IMG/VR virus record: IMGVR_UViG_3300005095_000540
Direction: 5' to 3' (one strand)
Length of the DNA stretch: 49,767 nucleotides
From: a virus
Every line of letters begins with the position of its first letter. Position 1 is the first letter of the stretch. Of the stretch, positions 1-9,598 are shown piece by piece. Under the pieces are notes generated by a model, which was not told the origin of the DNA, searched no databases, and saw nothing but the letters and a program-made list of their open reading frames with translations. A program made the position numbers and the translations under genes.

Positions 1-1354
1 ATATATCGTAGCTCTGTGTTATTGAGGCATTACCTATGTTTACTATTCCTACGGTTTCTAGGCTTCCATTGTAAGTGAAGAATATATTATAATATTGATT
101 TGTGTAGAATGGTTCATAAATTGCTGTAACTACGAAATTGGTTGTGCCATTATATGTGTTTGTTTCTCCAGCAAGTTTTGTATTATACCATAATGAGAAT
201 GAGTTAGCACCTAACCCTACGTAGCCTTTGCCAAATATTGCGTTGCCATAGTTTCCAGTTACGTTATATGCCTTGATACCCGCAACTACGCCTAGTGTTG
301 AAAAGTCTAATGTGTTTCCACCGAAGTCAATAGTGCTACTACTGGTGTTATAGAAATATGCATTGTATAGGTGTGGTGCTATTATTGTTCCCGGCTCGAT
401 GGTTGCCGTGGTGTTTAGGGCTGTGTAGGTTTGTGTTGTGTCTAGCTGTATCTGTGTTTTGGTGCCTGGTGTTCCGGCTGGTGGGGTTATGTCGATTACG
501 GTTGTTGGGTAGGCGGGTTCTACACGGTACTGTGTGTATGGGTTTTGTTGGCCGTAGAGCATGTAGATGGTGTTTATGCCTGGGTCTAGCTCTACGTCTA
601 CAAGTATGTCTGCTCTTTCTAGTGTTTTGTTGAAGTATAGTATATCGTAGTAGAGCGGGTTGCCGTTCTTGTCTAGGAAGTATATGTCGTTTCCGTCGAT
701 GATGTTGTTCCATGCCCCGAAGTTCGTGCCTGTGAGGCGGAGGAGCACCCATCCCTTATAGGTACCGGTGCTGTATAGCTGGATCATCGAGCCGGTCTTA
801 CCGAACCTTATGAGCCAGAGGCAGAACACGCCGGGTGTGTAGCTCTTGTTGAGCATCATCTCACCGTTCAGGTAGTCGAGGCTGTTGAGGATGGCGTGGC
901 TACCGGTGTAGATCCATAGGCCCGAGTCGTAGTCGAAGTCGTCGTAGGCCGGGAACAATGGTACGGAGCCGCCCGGCGTGGCTATGTAGTCGCTGTACGG
1001 GTTGCCTCCGCCGTAGAACAGCGTGTATGTTTTCGACGCTATGCTTCCGTCGGCCCAGACGGCTAGGGGCGGGTTGGTTGAGAACAGGTAGCTGTAGTAT
1101 GGGTGTCCCTGCTGGTCTACCACGTAGAAGTTGTTCACGGTTACTAGGCCGGGCTGGCTCACGTTGAAGGGTGCGGCGAAGACGCCTACGCCGCCGTACA
1201 TCGTGGTGGGCATCCAGACCGATACGAGGTTGAACTCGGTGCCGCCCGCCGTGCCGGCGGCTACTGGTACTAGTAGGCCGCCAATTATCATGTAGATAAG
1301 CGTGACTATGAATAAGCCGTATAGGAGCTCATAGGCTAGACGGTCTATACGCAT
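1..1354 (-). CDS. Secreted/virion surface adhesin-like protein with two DUF2341-like repeats (runs off the left edge; not in the ORF track)
   Basis: Hand translation from ATG at 1354 (GGGGAG upstream) is open to base 1. N-terminus MRIDRLAYELLYGLFIVTLIYMIIGGLLVPVAAG is a hydrophobic leader. Repeats are NNFYVVDQQGHPYYSYL...YTLFYGGGNPY and DGNDIYFLDKNGNPLYYDIL...IYMLYGQQNPY. Many N-x-S/T sequons. Confidence 0.75.
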   Translation of the reverse strand, partial: MRIDRLAYELLYGLFIVTLIYMIIGGLLVPVAAGTAGGTEFNLVSVWMPTTMYGGVGVFAAPFNVSQPGLVTVNNFYVVDQQGHPYYSYLFSTNPPLAVWADGSIASKTYTLFYGGGNPYSDYIATPGGSVPLFPAYDDFDYDSGLWIYTGSHAILNSLDYLNGEMMLNKSYTPGVFCLWLIRFGKTGSMIQLYSTGTYKGWVLLRLTGTNFGAWNNIIDGNDIYFLDKNGNPLYYDILYFNKTLERADILVDVELDPGINTIYMLYGQQNPYTQYRVEPAYPTTVIDITPPAGTPGTKTQIQLDTTQTYTALNTTATIEPGTIIAPHLYNAYFYNTSSSTIDFGGNTLDFSTLGVVAGIKAYNVTGNYGNAIFGKGYVGLGANSFSLWYNTKLAGETNTYNGTTNFVVTAIYEPFYTNQYYNIFFTYNGSLETVGIVNIGNASITQSYDI

Positions 1355-1435
1355 ATCTACTCTCCCCTATATAACATATAGGATACAATATATTCTTATT
1401 TATGACCTTCCCGTCCGGAATAGTCATACATAAGT

Positions 1436-1861
1436 ATGTTGGTGTCATCAATAATATTTATAGGAGAAAGTATAAGTGCTGGGTGCATAGTATTGGCTAC
1501 CACTGTCACGAATATTGTTTCACGTGTTGTTGTCCGGAGGCTGGGCGGTAACCCGCCGCGCTTTGTGGCCACACGGTATGTCACATATAATATTACGAAG
1601 TATGCTAGTGCTCCTAAGATGATTATCAGCACGCTTATCACGAACGTTATATCTAAGATAACGGCTGTTAAGATAAACTATTATCTCGGCTCCGACATCT
1701 ATACGAGCATCACGATACCCACCAGTATAACGACCACGAAGCCCGTCACGCATATTGTGACTAAGATTGTGAGCCAGCCCGGTACAGGTGGTTCATCGTC
1801 CTCGCAGAGCACATCGGGGACGGGGACGAGACAGCATAGGGGTACAGCCATACCCACATAA
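1436..1861 (+). CDS. Thr/Val-rich low-complexity protein (TKPVT family)
   Basis: ORF track. Contains ATRYVTYNITKY and TTTKPVTHIVTKIV, with a Gly/Ser tail; similar to ORFs at 14567, 17439 and 18493. Confidence 0.55.
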   Translation: MLVSSIIFIGESISAGCIVLATTVTNIVSRVVVRRLGGNPPRFVATRYVTYNITKYASAPKMIISTLITNVISKITAVKINYYLGSDIYTSITIPTSITTTKPVTHIVTKIVSQPGTGGSSSSQSTSGTGTRQHRGTAIPT

Positions 1862-1876
1862 CGGGGGTGAACATGT

Positions 1877-2833
1877 ATGAGTATGTTGGCCGAGCTCCGT
1901 AAAGCCCTTGAAAAACTCATGAGCACGAGGCAGACCGTCACGAATACTGGGGAGACCGTTAGGGTGACCGGGTACACGCCGAGCGGTAGCCTCAGCAACC
2001 AAGATCTAGCCTCAAGCATAAACACGTTGGCCGAGAAAATAGCGGGTCAGCTAGCGAAGCTCTATGAGAACCCCGACCTCAACGGGTTCAACAACCTGGA
2101 GCAGTGGCTGTCAAGCCTCCGCTCCCGCAACCCCTACCAGTACGAGCTCCTCATCAAGACTGTATCGCATCTCGTGAGCGGGAAGCCCTACTACACGGTC
2201 TGGGAGACACTGATAACGACCGGTGACCCGCATCAGGCCTATAATGTTGCTAAGGGGATCAAGGAGCGTTTGAAGAAGATGGAGAGTGTTAAGAAGCTTG
2301 AGAAGATACTGCCGCCGCAGGAGATCAAGATGGTTGTGAACAGTAAGGGAGAGGTAGACCCGGAGAAGCTGGCGGAGCTGATTAAGAAGCGTATTGAGAG
2401 CATGCTGTACCGGCATAAGGGTATGATTAATGAGCAGAGCCTTATGCAGGGCTTAGAAGAGGTGCGTAAGCTTATACATATTGGTGTGAGCATGGCTGGT
2501 GACCGTAAAGAGGCTTGGAAGACCATTATTGAGAAGGTGGGCGGACGTGAGGCTGGTGCTGGTAAGCTCCAGCTCATCTTGAAGCGTGTAGCGATGGGTG
2601 ATATGAAGACGGCTTTGAAGATGATCACTAGTATGAGCCACGGCAAGCCCACAGCAGTATCGGCAAAACAGAGTTCGCAGGAGCTACACATGGCTGTCCA
2701 TGGCGGGAAAAAAGAGGAAAACAGTAGTGGTGAGTCCAGTAATTTTCGTTCTCATGTGGCTGAACGCATAGTCAATATGGCTAAGAATATTGAGAAACCG
2801 CCTATGGTTAAAAAGCCTATAAGCATGGCCTAG
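1877..2833 (+). CDS. Hypothetical basic helical protein, 318 aa
   Basis: Long ORF with GGGGTGA RBS upstream; no recognised motif. Confidence 0.8.
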   Translation: MSMLAELRKALEKLMSTRQTVTNTGETVRVTGYTPSGSLSNQDLASSINTLAEKIAGQLAKLYENPDLNGFNNLEQWLSSLRSRNPYQYELLIKTVSHLVSGKPYYTVWETLITTGDPHQAYNVAKGIKERLKKMESVKKLEKILPPQEIKMVVNSKGEVDPEKLAELIKKRIESMLYRHKGMINEQSLMQGLEEVRKLIHIGVSMAGDRKEAWKTIIEKVGGREAGAGKLQLILKRVAMGDMKTALKMITSMSHGKPTAVSAKQSSQELHMAVHGGKKEENSSGESSNFRSHVAERIVNMAKNIEKPPMVKKPISMA

Positions 2834-3054
2834 GTGGTTAGAACCAATAAGCGTTTTTTACCCCGTTGCCTCTCCCTCCTCATAACACGTATATGGCCCG
2901 AGAAATCCACGTAGACTATTTCCTCGGGCGTGATACGTATAAGCCTACGGACTAGGAGCTCCTTCCCATCCACTAGTATTCTGAGTACCCGTGGCCCAAT
3001 ACCAGTGGTTTGTCCTTGTTTCTGCCTCTTCCTATGCAGTAGCCCGAGAACCAT
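2830..3054 (-). CDS. Small basic hypothetical protein
   Basis: 74-aa Arg/Lys-rich ORF, GGTGA RBS, follows the 3061 ORF. Confidence 0.6.
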   Translation of the reverse strand: MVLGLLHRKRQKQGQTTGIGPRVLRILVDGKELLVRRLIRITPEEIVYVDFSGHIRVMRRERQRGKKRLLVLTT

Positions 3055-3060
3055 AGTGTC

Positions 3061-3315
3061 TCACCTCTTCTTGATATGGATGCTGTAGACAAGTAGTACG
3101 GCTATGACTATCAATGCCCCAATAATAAATGTTGGAGCCAATGCTGAGGTAGCCGTGTTCTCGTAGCTGTTCACGGGCTGTGTGCCGAAGGCGGTGGCCA
3201 TGTAGTCGCTTGCCACATGGATGCTGGAGACAATTATGTCTGCTAATAGTATCAGGGCTATTATTATGAAGCCGGCCACTATAGCGTATAGTATCGGTTT
3301 GAGCATGGCTACCAC
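3061..3315 (-). CDS. Two-helix hydrophobic protein, putative spindle-type capsid/envelope protein
   Basis: Two long hydrophobic segments with a short linker and basic tail. MLKPILYAIVAG resembles ELKPTIVALIIG of the 47605 ORF. Confidence 0.7.
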   Translation of the reverse strand: MVAMLKPILYAIVAGFIIIALILLADIIVSSIHVASDYMATAFGTQPVNSYENTATSALAPTFIIGALIVIAVLLVYSIHIKKR

Positions 3316-3563
3316 CCGGAGCTAGTTCTTTCACGTATGCTACTGGCAACTATTAATGCGTATAGTATGAACACTATACCGCCTATTACTCCTACGAACA
3401 TCGCCCATATTAGTGGGCCGTTGGGGTTGAAGCCGGGCAGTGGCTTTATCCCGACGAGGCTGAACACGTGCCATATACCGTTATTTGCTGTGGCTACTAG
3501 GTCTATTATTGCTCCAGCTATGATTGTCAGTATTATGAGTATTATTATCCATATTATCCTCAA
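3309..3563 (-). CDS. Two-helix hydrophobic protein, putative virion protein
   Basis: 84 aa with two TM-like helices; overlaps the start of the 3061 ORF. Confidence 0.7.
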   Translation of the reverse strand: MRIIWIIILIILTIIAGAIIDLVATANNGIWHVFSLVGIKPLPGFNPNGPLIWAMFVGVIGGIVFILYALIVASSIRERTSSGW

Positions 3564-3703
3564 ATCTACACCCTCCCCCTATACTATATTTTCTAGAACC
3601 ACGTATTTAATGATGAGGCTAAAGAGCTACGATGAGTCACGCTTATATATTGTGTTTGTACGATACTATTCTTGAACAACGAATCGTATTCGGGGTATGA
3701 ATC

Positions 3704-3859
3704 ATGGCCAGAATACACAAGACCAGGTACACACGTGCCGAGTGGCAGAGAATCTTCGCCCAAGCAGTAAGATACTGTGCAGAACTAAGGAGAACCGGTA
3801 AGATCGGGCCCCACGAGTACAGAGAGTGTATAAGCAGACAGCTCAGAGCCCACGAGTAA
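3704..3859 (+). CDS. 51-aa Arg-rich basic protein, putative DNA-binding/condensing (not in ORF track)
   Basis: Hand translation MARIHKTRYTRAEWQRIFAQAVRYCAELRRTGKIGPHEYRECISRQLRAHE. GGGGT upstream; hairpin-like CCGGTCTTACCGG after the stop. Confidence 0.7.
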   Translation: MARIHKTRYTRAEWQRIFAQAVRYCAELRRTGKIGPHEYRECISRQLRAHE

Positions 3860-3914
3860 CCAGGGGCCCGGTCTTACCGGCCACTACTCTATTAAAAATA
3901 ATTGTTTTTTATGC

Positions 3915-4709
3915 CTAGAACCTTTTCTCCCTCCTAACACACAGTATCACAGGATAGATCACAGCTCTTATTGTTAAGGGGCATAGGAGCCAGCACATGT
4001 GGTGGTAAAACAACGGTGATAGACACGTATTCGTAAGTGGCGCCTGATAATAATCTACCAGGTTAGCCGCTAACGTGACAATGACTAGGAATACAATGCT
4101 TTTCTTACCCCGTCTCAATATATCGGGCTTCATTACTAGGGCTATCCATGGTGTCCATAGCTTCATATGTATGAGGTAGCCGGGGAGGCTCCACGACCTT
4201 ATAATATTGTCTAGCTCGCGGTAGTCGGCTATCCATTCCGTGTAGAATGCTCCGGCTAGTAGGTAGTGGCCTAGGCTTGAGCGCCACAGGTATATTGAGA
4301 GTATGGTTGCCCCTATGAGGTAGAACAGTATCGGCGGGGTACCTCCCCTATCCACATAGTATGTCGTGTTGCGAATGGCTAGTATGGCGGCTAGTACTGT
4401 CGGGTAGAGTATTTTCACCGCCTGTGTTACACGGTAGCTAGGCTTGACGAGGTAGGTTGTCACGAAGCCGAGCACCAGCACCGTGTATATGCCTATGTCT
4501 TCCAGCAACGGGATCGCTCCGGGCAGGCTCCATGAGAGCACTGGTACCTCGTAGAGCAGGTAGCTGGTACTAAACATCAATGCCAGCACGGGTAGATAGT
4601 CCCGGAAGCGGCGTCCATGGAAGAACCGTGCCCCCACATATATCATTACTAGTGCAACCAAGCTCATAATGTTTACCATGACGCCGTAGACGAAGAGACG
4701 GTCTACCAT
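3915..4709 (-). CDS. Polytopic membrane protein of unknown function
   Basis: About 7 hydrophobic segments. Likely start MVDRLFV at 4709 overlaps the helicase stop and has a GGTG RBS; the track start at 4781 is probably too long. Confidence 0.75.
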   Translation of the reverse strand: MVDRLFVYGVMVNIMSLVALVMIYVGARFFHGRRFRDYLPVLALMFSTSYLLYEVPVLSWSLPGAIPLLEDIGIYTVLVLGFVTTYLVKPSYRVTQAVKILYPTVLAAILAIRNTTYYVDRGGTPPILFYLIGATILSIYLWRSSLGHYLLAGAFYTEWIADYRELDNIIRSWSLPGYLIHMKLWTPWIALVMKPDILRRGKKSIVFLVIVTLAANLVDYYQAPLTNTCLSPLFYHHMCWLLCPLTIRAVIYPVILCVRREKRF

Positions 4710-6079
4710 GCCGATGCACCCGCGAACAGTCTTACTACCTCGCCCGTCGAGCGGGCCACATGCTTCCTCATCTTTTTCCACACGCTTGGATGGTAGCGGT
4801 TATATGGGTGTATCCACCGCCTATCAAGGAGCACCATTATGTGTTTCTGTGTACGCATACGGTTGTAGCGGTAGAGGCTCTGCAGGTTAGCCGCGTCGCG
4901 TTGCTCCATATAGTATTTAGACACGGCGTCAGCGTCCACATTTCCCATCATCATCAGTATCCCAGGGTTAATATCTTGAGGCATGCCGCCCTGGTAGAAC
5001 GCTATGACTACGGGTATGTCACGCCCTAGGTTCTTGTTGATTATGCTTACCCCACGGTACCATTTCCCCTTAGGCACTAGGATATAGACGTTGGCGTGGG
5101 GGCTTGGGAGATGGTCATGTGTTTCGCTTGATACTTTGAAGCCTACCTCTACTAGGCGCTCATAGAGGTGTTGGGCGTGGTTCTTGTTTTTTGCTACTAT
5201 GCCTACTGCCCCATATTCCTCTACGGCTTTCTCTACGAGGTCTAGTGTTAGGCCGGTATAGTCTTGGGCGTGTGTGGAGGGTATTATCTTGTTGTAGAGT
5301 ATAACTGTGTCTTGTACGCTCCGTGGTTTTAGCCGGACATAGGGTATTGAGCCGTATATGGTCTCCATGACGCTGTATAGTGTGCGGGGGAGTGTGGCGC
5401 TTATCAGTATGCTGTTCATGTAGAGCCTTAAGGTGTCGGGCCGGGGGTATAGGTAGTGGTTTACCCGTATGTAGAAGCGTTTCAGCCTTTCATAGACCTC
5501 GGGGTATTCTTTCTTAAGTAGCAAGGCTTCCTCGACCGGTATAGCATGGCTTAATGTTTCCAAATAGTCCTCGGCCTCGTCGAATATGATGGTGTACCTC
5601 ATCTTGGAGCCCATAGCGAGCAGGGCCGTGAACAATGATAGCGTATGTGTTGAGACCACCAATCTTGTGTCGTCGCGGAGCTCGACATAGTTTTTCAGAG
5701 AAGCCACGTGTTTACGGTAGTGGCATGGCTCCCCGCTCTCAATATGTTGTTGGAGCGCTACGTGATAGGATAGATTCTTATACTCGCTTGTCTCCTTCAA
5801 CCGTTTCTGCAGTGCCTCGCATACTTCGTCGTGGGCGTGCTGTATGAACACCTTATCCATGCCTATGAGCTCATTCATCCACACATCGGCTACGAAGTCC
5901 CGTAGCTTTCTCAGTGGGGCGGCATAGATGTATAGTACCCGGGGACGTTCTTTCTCCACGGCTTTCTTGACAAGGCTCAGCGTGTGTTTTGTCTTGCCGC
6001 CACCGAAGAAGCCTAGTACTAGGCCTTTGAGCTCGCCGTACACTATGCCGTACAGTGCCTTGGGTGCTCGCTGGATCAC
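4703..6079 (-). CDS. Divergent superfamily 2 helicase-like ATPase
   Basis: Walker A GFFGGGKT, motif II IIFDEAE, motif III ISAT, motif V-like KWYRGVSI, degenerate motif VI QSLYRYNR. Confidence 0.75.
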   Translation of the reverse strand: MIQRAPKALYGIVYGELKGLVLGFFGGGKTKHTLSLVKKAVEKERPRVLYIYAAPLRKLRDFVADVWMNELIGMDKVFIQHAHDEVCEALQKRLKETSEYKNLSYHVALQQHIESGEPCHYRKHVASLKNYVELRDDTRLVVSTHTLSLFTALLAMGSKMRYTIIFDEAEDYLETLSHAIPVEEALLLKKEYPEVYERLKRFYIRVNHYLYPRPDTLRLYMNSILISATLPRTLYSVMETIYGSIPYVRLKPRSVQDTVILYNKIIPSTHAQDYTGLTLDLVEKAVEEYGAVGIVAKNKNHAQHLYERLVEVGFKVSSETHDHLPSPHANVYILVPKGKWYRGVSIINKNLGRDIPVVIAFYQGGMPQDINPGILMMMGNVDADAVSKYYMEQRDAANLQSLYRYNRMRTQKHIMVLLDRRWIHPYNRYHPSVWKKMRKHVARSTGEVVRLFAGASAW

Positions 6080-6999
6080 TGCTTGGCACCGGTGATCCTT
6101 GATAGGATGCTGTAGACCGTGTCACGGGTTATGATCATGAGCTTCTTGGCTAGCTGGTACCTTGCTATCTGGGCCATGGCTTCCCGTGTGTCACGTAGGC
6201 TCTGTACTAGTAGTTCTCCGTTCTCGGTCTTGGCCACGTATAGGAGCTGTGGATATGTGATGGTCTCCGTGAAGTAGCTGGGAGGTAGCAACCGCTGGAT
6301 CACCATGTCACGGGTTCCGATTGTTAGGAACGGGTAGATGTCGAAGAGCCTGTGCATACTGGTTACTAGGTTGAATACACGGTGCAGTACTAGGGTGTCG
6401 GTGACGTATTTCCAGTCGAGATAGTGTTGCTCGTAATCATAGTGCTGGCCGGTCTTGAGGAACTTGGCTGTGAGGTACTGTATCTTGTAGGTGTGTCGTA
6501 GGTAGTGGTTGAGTGGTTCTTCGAGGCTTAGGTCTATTAGGCGTTTATACATGTAGAGCATGAACACGACGGCTTTTCCGGGCGTTAGGTTTTCGGGTAT
6601 CGGTATGTTAAGGCTTGTGATGATTATGGGTTCTGGGTTCGTCATTGTTTTGAGACGGTATCCGTAGAGCATTAGCTGGGCGTCTATCCACGGCTTTATC
6701 TTTGATAGGGGCTGTGGCTCGCCCTGCTCCACATACTTATCCCTTACACTATCCGGTATCTTGTGCTGAGATACTATCAAGTGGTCTAGTGGTTCCAGGG
6801 GATACGTCCTTGGATCCTCTACTACCTCGTCCTCCACATCCACGACAAAGGGGACGATTAGGAAGCCGTTTACCCCGTCCAAGGTATAGGCGGTAGCGGC
6901 TCCCCCGTATATCCTCTTATAGCCACGTACACGACTAATACAGTAGGCATAGTCGTCACGGATGACCAAATAGTATGTGTTGCCACGATACAGCATCAC
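6076..6999 (-). CDS. Hypothetical protein, 307 aa
   Basis: Long ORF coupled by overlapping stop/start codons within the minus-strand operon. Confidence 0.8.
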   Translation of the reverse strand: MMLYRGNTYYLVIRDDYAYCISRVRGYKRIYGGAATAYTLDGVNGFLIVPFVVDVEDEVVEDPRTYPLEPLDHLIVSQHKIPDSVRDKYVEQGEPQPLSKIKPWIDAQLMLYGYRLKTMTNPEPIIITSLNIPIPENLTPGKAVVFMLYMYKRLIDLSLEEPLNHYLRHTYKIQYLTAKFLKTGQHYDYEQHYLDWKYVTDTLVLHRVFNLVTSMHRLFDIYPFLTIGTRDMVIQRLLPPSYFTETITYPQLLYVAKTENGELLVQSLRDTREAMAQIARYQLAKKLMIITRDTVYSILSRITGAKQ

Positions 7000-7991
7000 T
7001 GGCTACCAGCCTCTCCAAGCTTTTCTAGATACAGTGCTATCCGACGCTTGACCTCATCAGCCGTGATGCCCCTTTCATCCGCGTACTTCTGTATCCTCTC
7101 AACGATCTCCTCGCCCAGCGCCTTATCCTTTGTTTTCTGGAACTGGATTATCATGTCCGCTATGATCTTTATCTCCGGATCACGCTCAACTGGGTATTCC
7201 TCGGAACCACCGCTATCTACCACGCTATCCACAGAGCTACCAGTATCCTCGTCGGTTTTCTCCTCCTCGTGCTCATGGCTATCCACACTGCTATCCAGAC
7301 TACTAGCTATCAGCTCCGAGTCCTCCCCAGACACCAATGGCTCCCCGCTTACCTCTTCCTCCTCCTTCTGCTCGACCACGAACTTGAACGGGAACAACGC
7401 CACGTCCACGAGAACACGTCGTGTACCTAGCCCGTAGGGTGCTGAGAGGGGCACCATGATCATCTTGGCCCTAACGGTTACGGGGCCGCGGAAGCCCTGC
7501 CTTATAGCGTCCGCGTAGAGCTCGTTGAGATAACTGGCCAAGTCCTGAGCATTAGTTGTGCCACGTACATAGTTTACATAGATTATTGTCTCGGGCTGGA
7601 AAACACGGAGAAACGGGGATCCATCCACGGCGTTCTCGGGGTAAAATGTTTCAAGCACGTTTATTTCGAGCTTGGAGAAACGTGTGCTTATCTCGCAGAG
7701 GTAATGCGGTATTTTCTCGGGCTCCACATACTCGATCTTCTCCACATCAATAATACGTGTGCCCACCACGACAGCATAGAGCCTTGGTATCTTGTTCTCA
7801 CTATGAGCCTCCAATATGAGATCGTATAGGTCTGGCTGGGCGATATACTGCATGGCGTTCTCAAAAGCAATAACCACGTTGAAAGGCCTTGTATCAATAA
7901 TGGTTAGGACACGTTTACGGGCGTTACGGGGATATTGTTTCTGCTTAGAGACCACGCCTTGGGGCGTTATGGCTTCTCGCTTGAACGGCAT
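6996..7991 (-). CDS. Hypothetical protein with acidic Ser/Asp/Glu linker and C-terminal helical domain
   Basis: 331-aa ORF, GGGGTGA RBS, linker EEEEVSGEPLVSGEDSE... Confidence 0.8.
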   Translation of the reverse strand: MPFKREAITPQGVVSKQKQYPRNARKRVLTIIDTRPFNVVIAFENAMQYIAQPDLYDLILEAHSENKIPRLYAVVVGTRIIDVEKIEYVEPEKIPHYLCEISTRFSKLEINVLETFYPENAVDGSPFLRVFQPETIIYVNYVRGTTNAQDLASYLNELYADAIRQGFRGPVTVRAKMIMVPLSAPYGLGTRRVLVDVALFPFKFVVEQKEEEEVSGEPLVSGEDSELIASSLDSSVDSHEHEEEKTDEDTGSSVDSVVDSGGSEEYPVERDPEIKIIADMIIQFQKTKDKALGEEIVERIQKYADERGITADEVKRRIALYLEKLGEAGSQ

Positions 7992-8007
7992 AGTGTCACC
8001 CCATGGG

Positions 8008-8136
8008 TTATTCCTGGTCTAGGAGCTTCTTGCGGATGAGCTCGGCCCATGAACGAGCGCCTACCCGGTGCTTGAGCCGTAGGAGCTTGAAATACTCTTC
8101 CTCGTCTAGGTCTCGGACTATGATGGTCTTGCTCAC
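8008..8136 (-). CDS. Ribbon-helix-helix (CopG-like) regulator, 42 aa (not in ORF track)
   Basis: Hand translation MSKTIIVRDLDEEEYFKLLRLKHRVGARSWAELIRKKLLDQE fits a beta-helix-helix pattern. GGTGG RBS; first gene of the leftward operon. Confidence 0.7.
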   Translation of the reverse strand: MSKTIIVRDLDEEEYFKLLRLKHRVGARSWAELIRKKLLDQE

Positions 8137-8239
8137 GGCTTCCACCCAAGGAGTGATAGTGATTCAGTGTTTCACCGTATCATAATATAGGCTCCCAGAC
8201 AATATATAAACCTGAGATAACCAAGGGTTCACAACCCAC

Positions 8240-8255
8240 ATTTCCACTGGAGAAA
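8240..8255 (-). promoter_or_regulatory. Solitary ORB-like box
   Basis: Reverse complement of 8241-8255 is TTTCTCCAGTGGAAA, identical to 25376-25390. Lies in a divergent intergenic region. Confidence 0.6.
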
Positions 8256-8303
8256 AGCCACGCTTAAATAACAAAGAAAAACAAACAAATAAACGGTGAA
8301 ACA

Positions 8304-8708
8304 ATGACAACCATATTCAAACCAGCAGATAAAAAACTACCATACCAGTACGAGGCCGAATTCAACTCAAAAACACAAATAAAAACCAGATACGGCTACG
8401 GCCTTAGATTCCTAGAGCTATGGTTCCCGAAAAACATGGATCTAGAGACCGTGAAATACTATGTAGCATATATAGGCAACTACCTAGCAAAACATGGCAT
8501 AGACAGTTATGCCTCAATATATGTTCCAAACAAATACGGTTTCCGCAGAGTATTATTCAGTCTCAACTGGCCTAAAGGAGTACGTGGTCTCAACAAAATA
8601 GTATATGATATTTTGAGAAAACTGAAAGAAAAGGGTGTCAAGGGAGAGTTTACAGCAGTAGACTATCATAGCTGGTCAGGGCAAAAAGTTTTGTATAGTA
8701 CGTGGTGA
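8304..8708 (+). CDS. Hypothetical protein
   Basis: 134-aa ORF with GGTGA RBS. Confidence 0.75.
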   Translation: MTTIFKPADKKLPYQYEAEFNSKTQIKTRYGYGLRFLELWFPKNMDLETVKYYVAYIGNYLAKHGIDSYASIYVPNKYGFRRVLFSLNWPKGVRGLNKIVYDILRKLKEKGVKGEFTAVDYHSWSGQKVLYSTW

Positions 8709-9598
8709 TAGCCGTGCAGGTACTGGTTCGTAAGCCTATAAATACGCAGTATAAGGCCCAGATACCCCGTCAAGCCGATATACGCTTTCTCGGCCAAGTA
8801 TATCTCGACCCAGAAACCGTGGCGGAGACCCCGGACGGAAAAATAGTCGTAGTAGCTCTACCGGTCGATACCCAGGGCGTGAACAAGCCACGTAGCATCT
8901 ACTACCTCGTCATAGACCTAGACACACTGGCCGAGAAAGGTATAGACAAAGCAGTAGTGGACAAGGGAAGCCTATCCACAGATCCCCTCGAAGCTCTCAA
9001 GAAATACATGAGAATACTAAAGAAATACCAAGCTACACCTCCACGTAGACTCGTAGATATCTATGAGCTGAGCCGTATGGTGCCCCGCACACAGAGCATC
9101 ACCATGATGCCGAGCCGTACCGCCCTAGAGTACGCGATACTCTTCAACAGCAGTGGACACCAGTATGGTGAATCCGAGGGCTTCCTAGACACGATACGTG
9201 ACACCCTAGCCCTCATGAGGGGAGAACCACTACTGAAACCAGAGCTCCTACGCCACGAGAACGGCATAACATGGATCGTGACACCGGGAGCAAAGGCCCC
9301 GTTCCTAGGTGCCACGGACTTCCTAGAAGCAGTAGAAAAGCTCGGAAAACTAGAACCACTAGAACTACCCGGGCGCGGCAAGGGATACCTATCCGTTGTC
9401 AAAGCCCTCAGAGAGCGGGGACGTGACCTAGGCGGGTGGAGCAACATAGTGGCAAAATGGATACAGCTCGTCGGTAAACCATTAAAGGCCTATATACTGT
9501 ACACGGAGAAGCCCGGCCTATACCCCGAGTACTTGGTGCTGGTAGGAAAGAATGGGAAAACACTATTGGTTAAAACATGGAAAACACTAGGATGGTGA
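8702..9598 (+). CDS. Hypothetical protein, 298 aa
   Basis: Long ORF with a GTG start overlapping the previous stop. Confidence 0.75.
   Translation: MVIAVQVLVRKPINTQYKAQIPRQADIRFLGQVYLDPETVAETPDGKIVVVALPVDTQGVNKPRSIYYLVIDLDTLAEKGIDKAVVDKGSLSTDPLEALKKYMRILKKYQATPPRRLVDIYELSRMVPRTQSITMMPSRTALEYAILFNSSGHQYGESEGFLDTIRDTLALMRGEPLLKPELLRHENGITWIVTPGAKAPFLGATDFLEAVEKLGKLEPLELPGRGKGYLSVVKALRERGRDLGGWSNIVAKWIQLVGKPLKAYILYTEKPGLYPEYLVLVGKNGKTLLVKTWKTLGW

Noticed and set aside
348-1167. Track ORFs 348..752, 358..633 and 958..1167
   Set aside because: Shadow frames of the long minus-strand adhesin ORF.
1402-1551. 49-aa Cys-rich ORF ending HCHEYCFTCCCPEAGR
   Set aside because: It overlaps the 1436 ORF, whose T/V pattern matches three other genes. 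Cys/His richness is the expected frameshifted reading of Val/Thr codons.
6076-6999. Possible primase-polymerase suggested by VVDVED
   Set aside because: No supporting His motif or other AEP motif could be identified; left as hypothetical pending a profile search.
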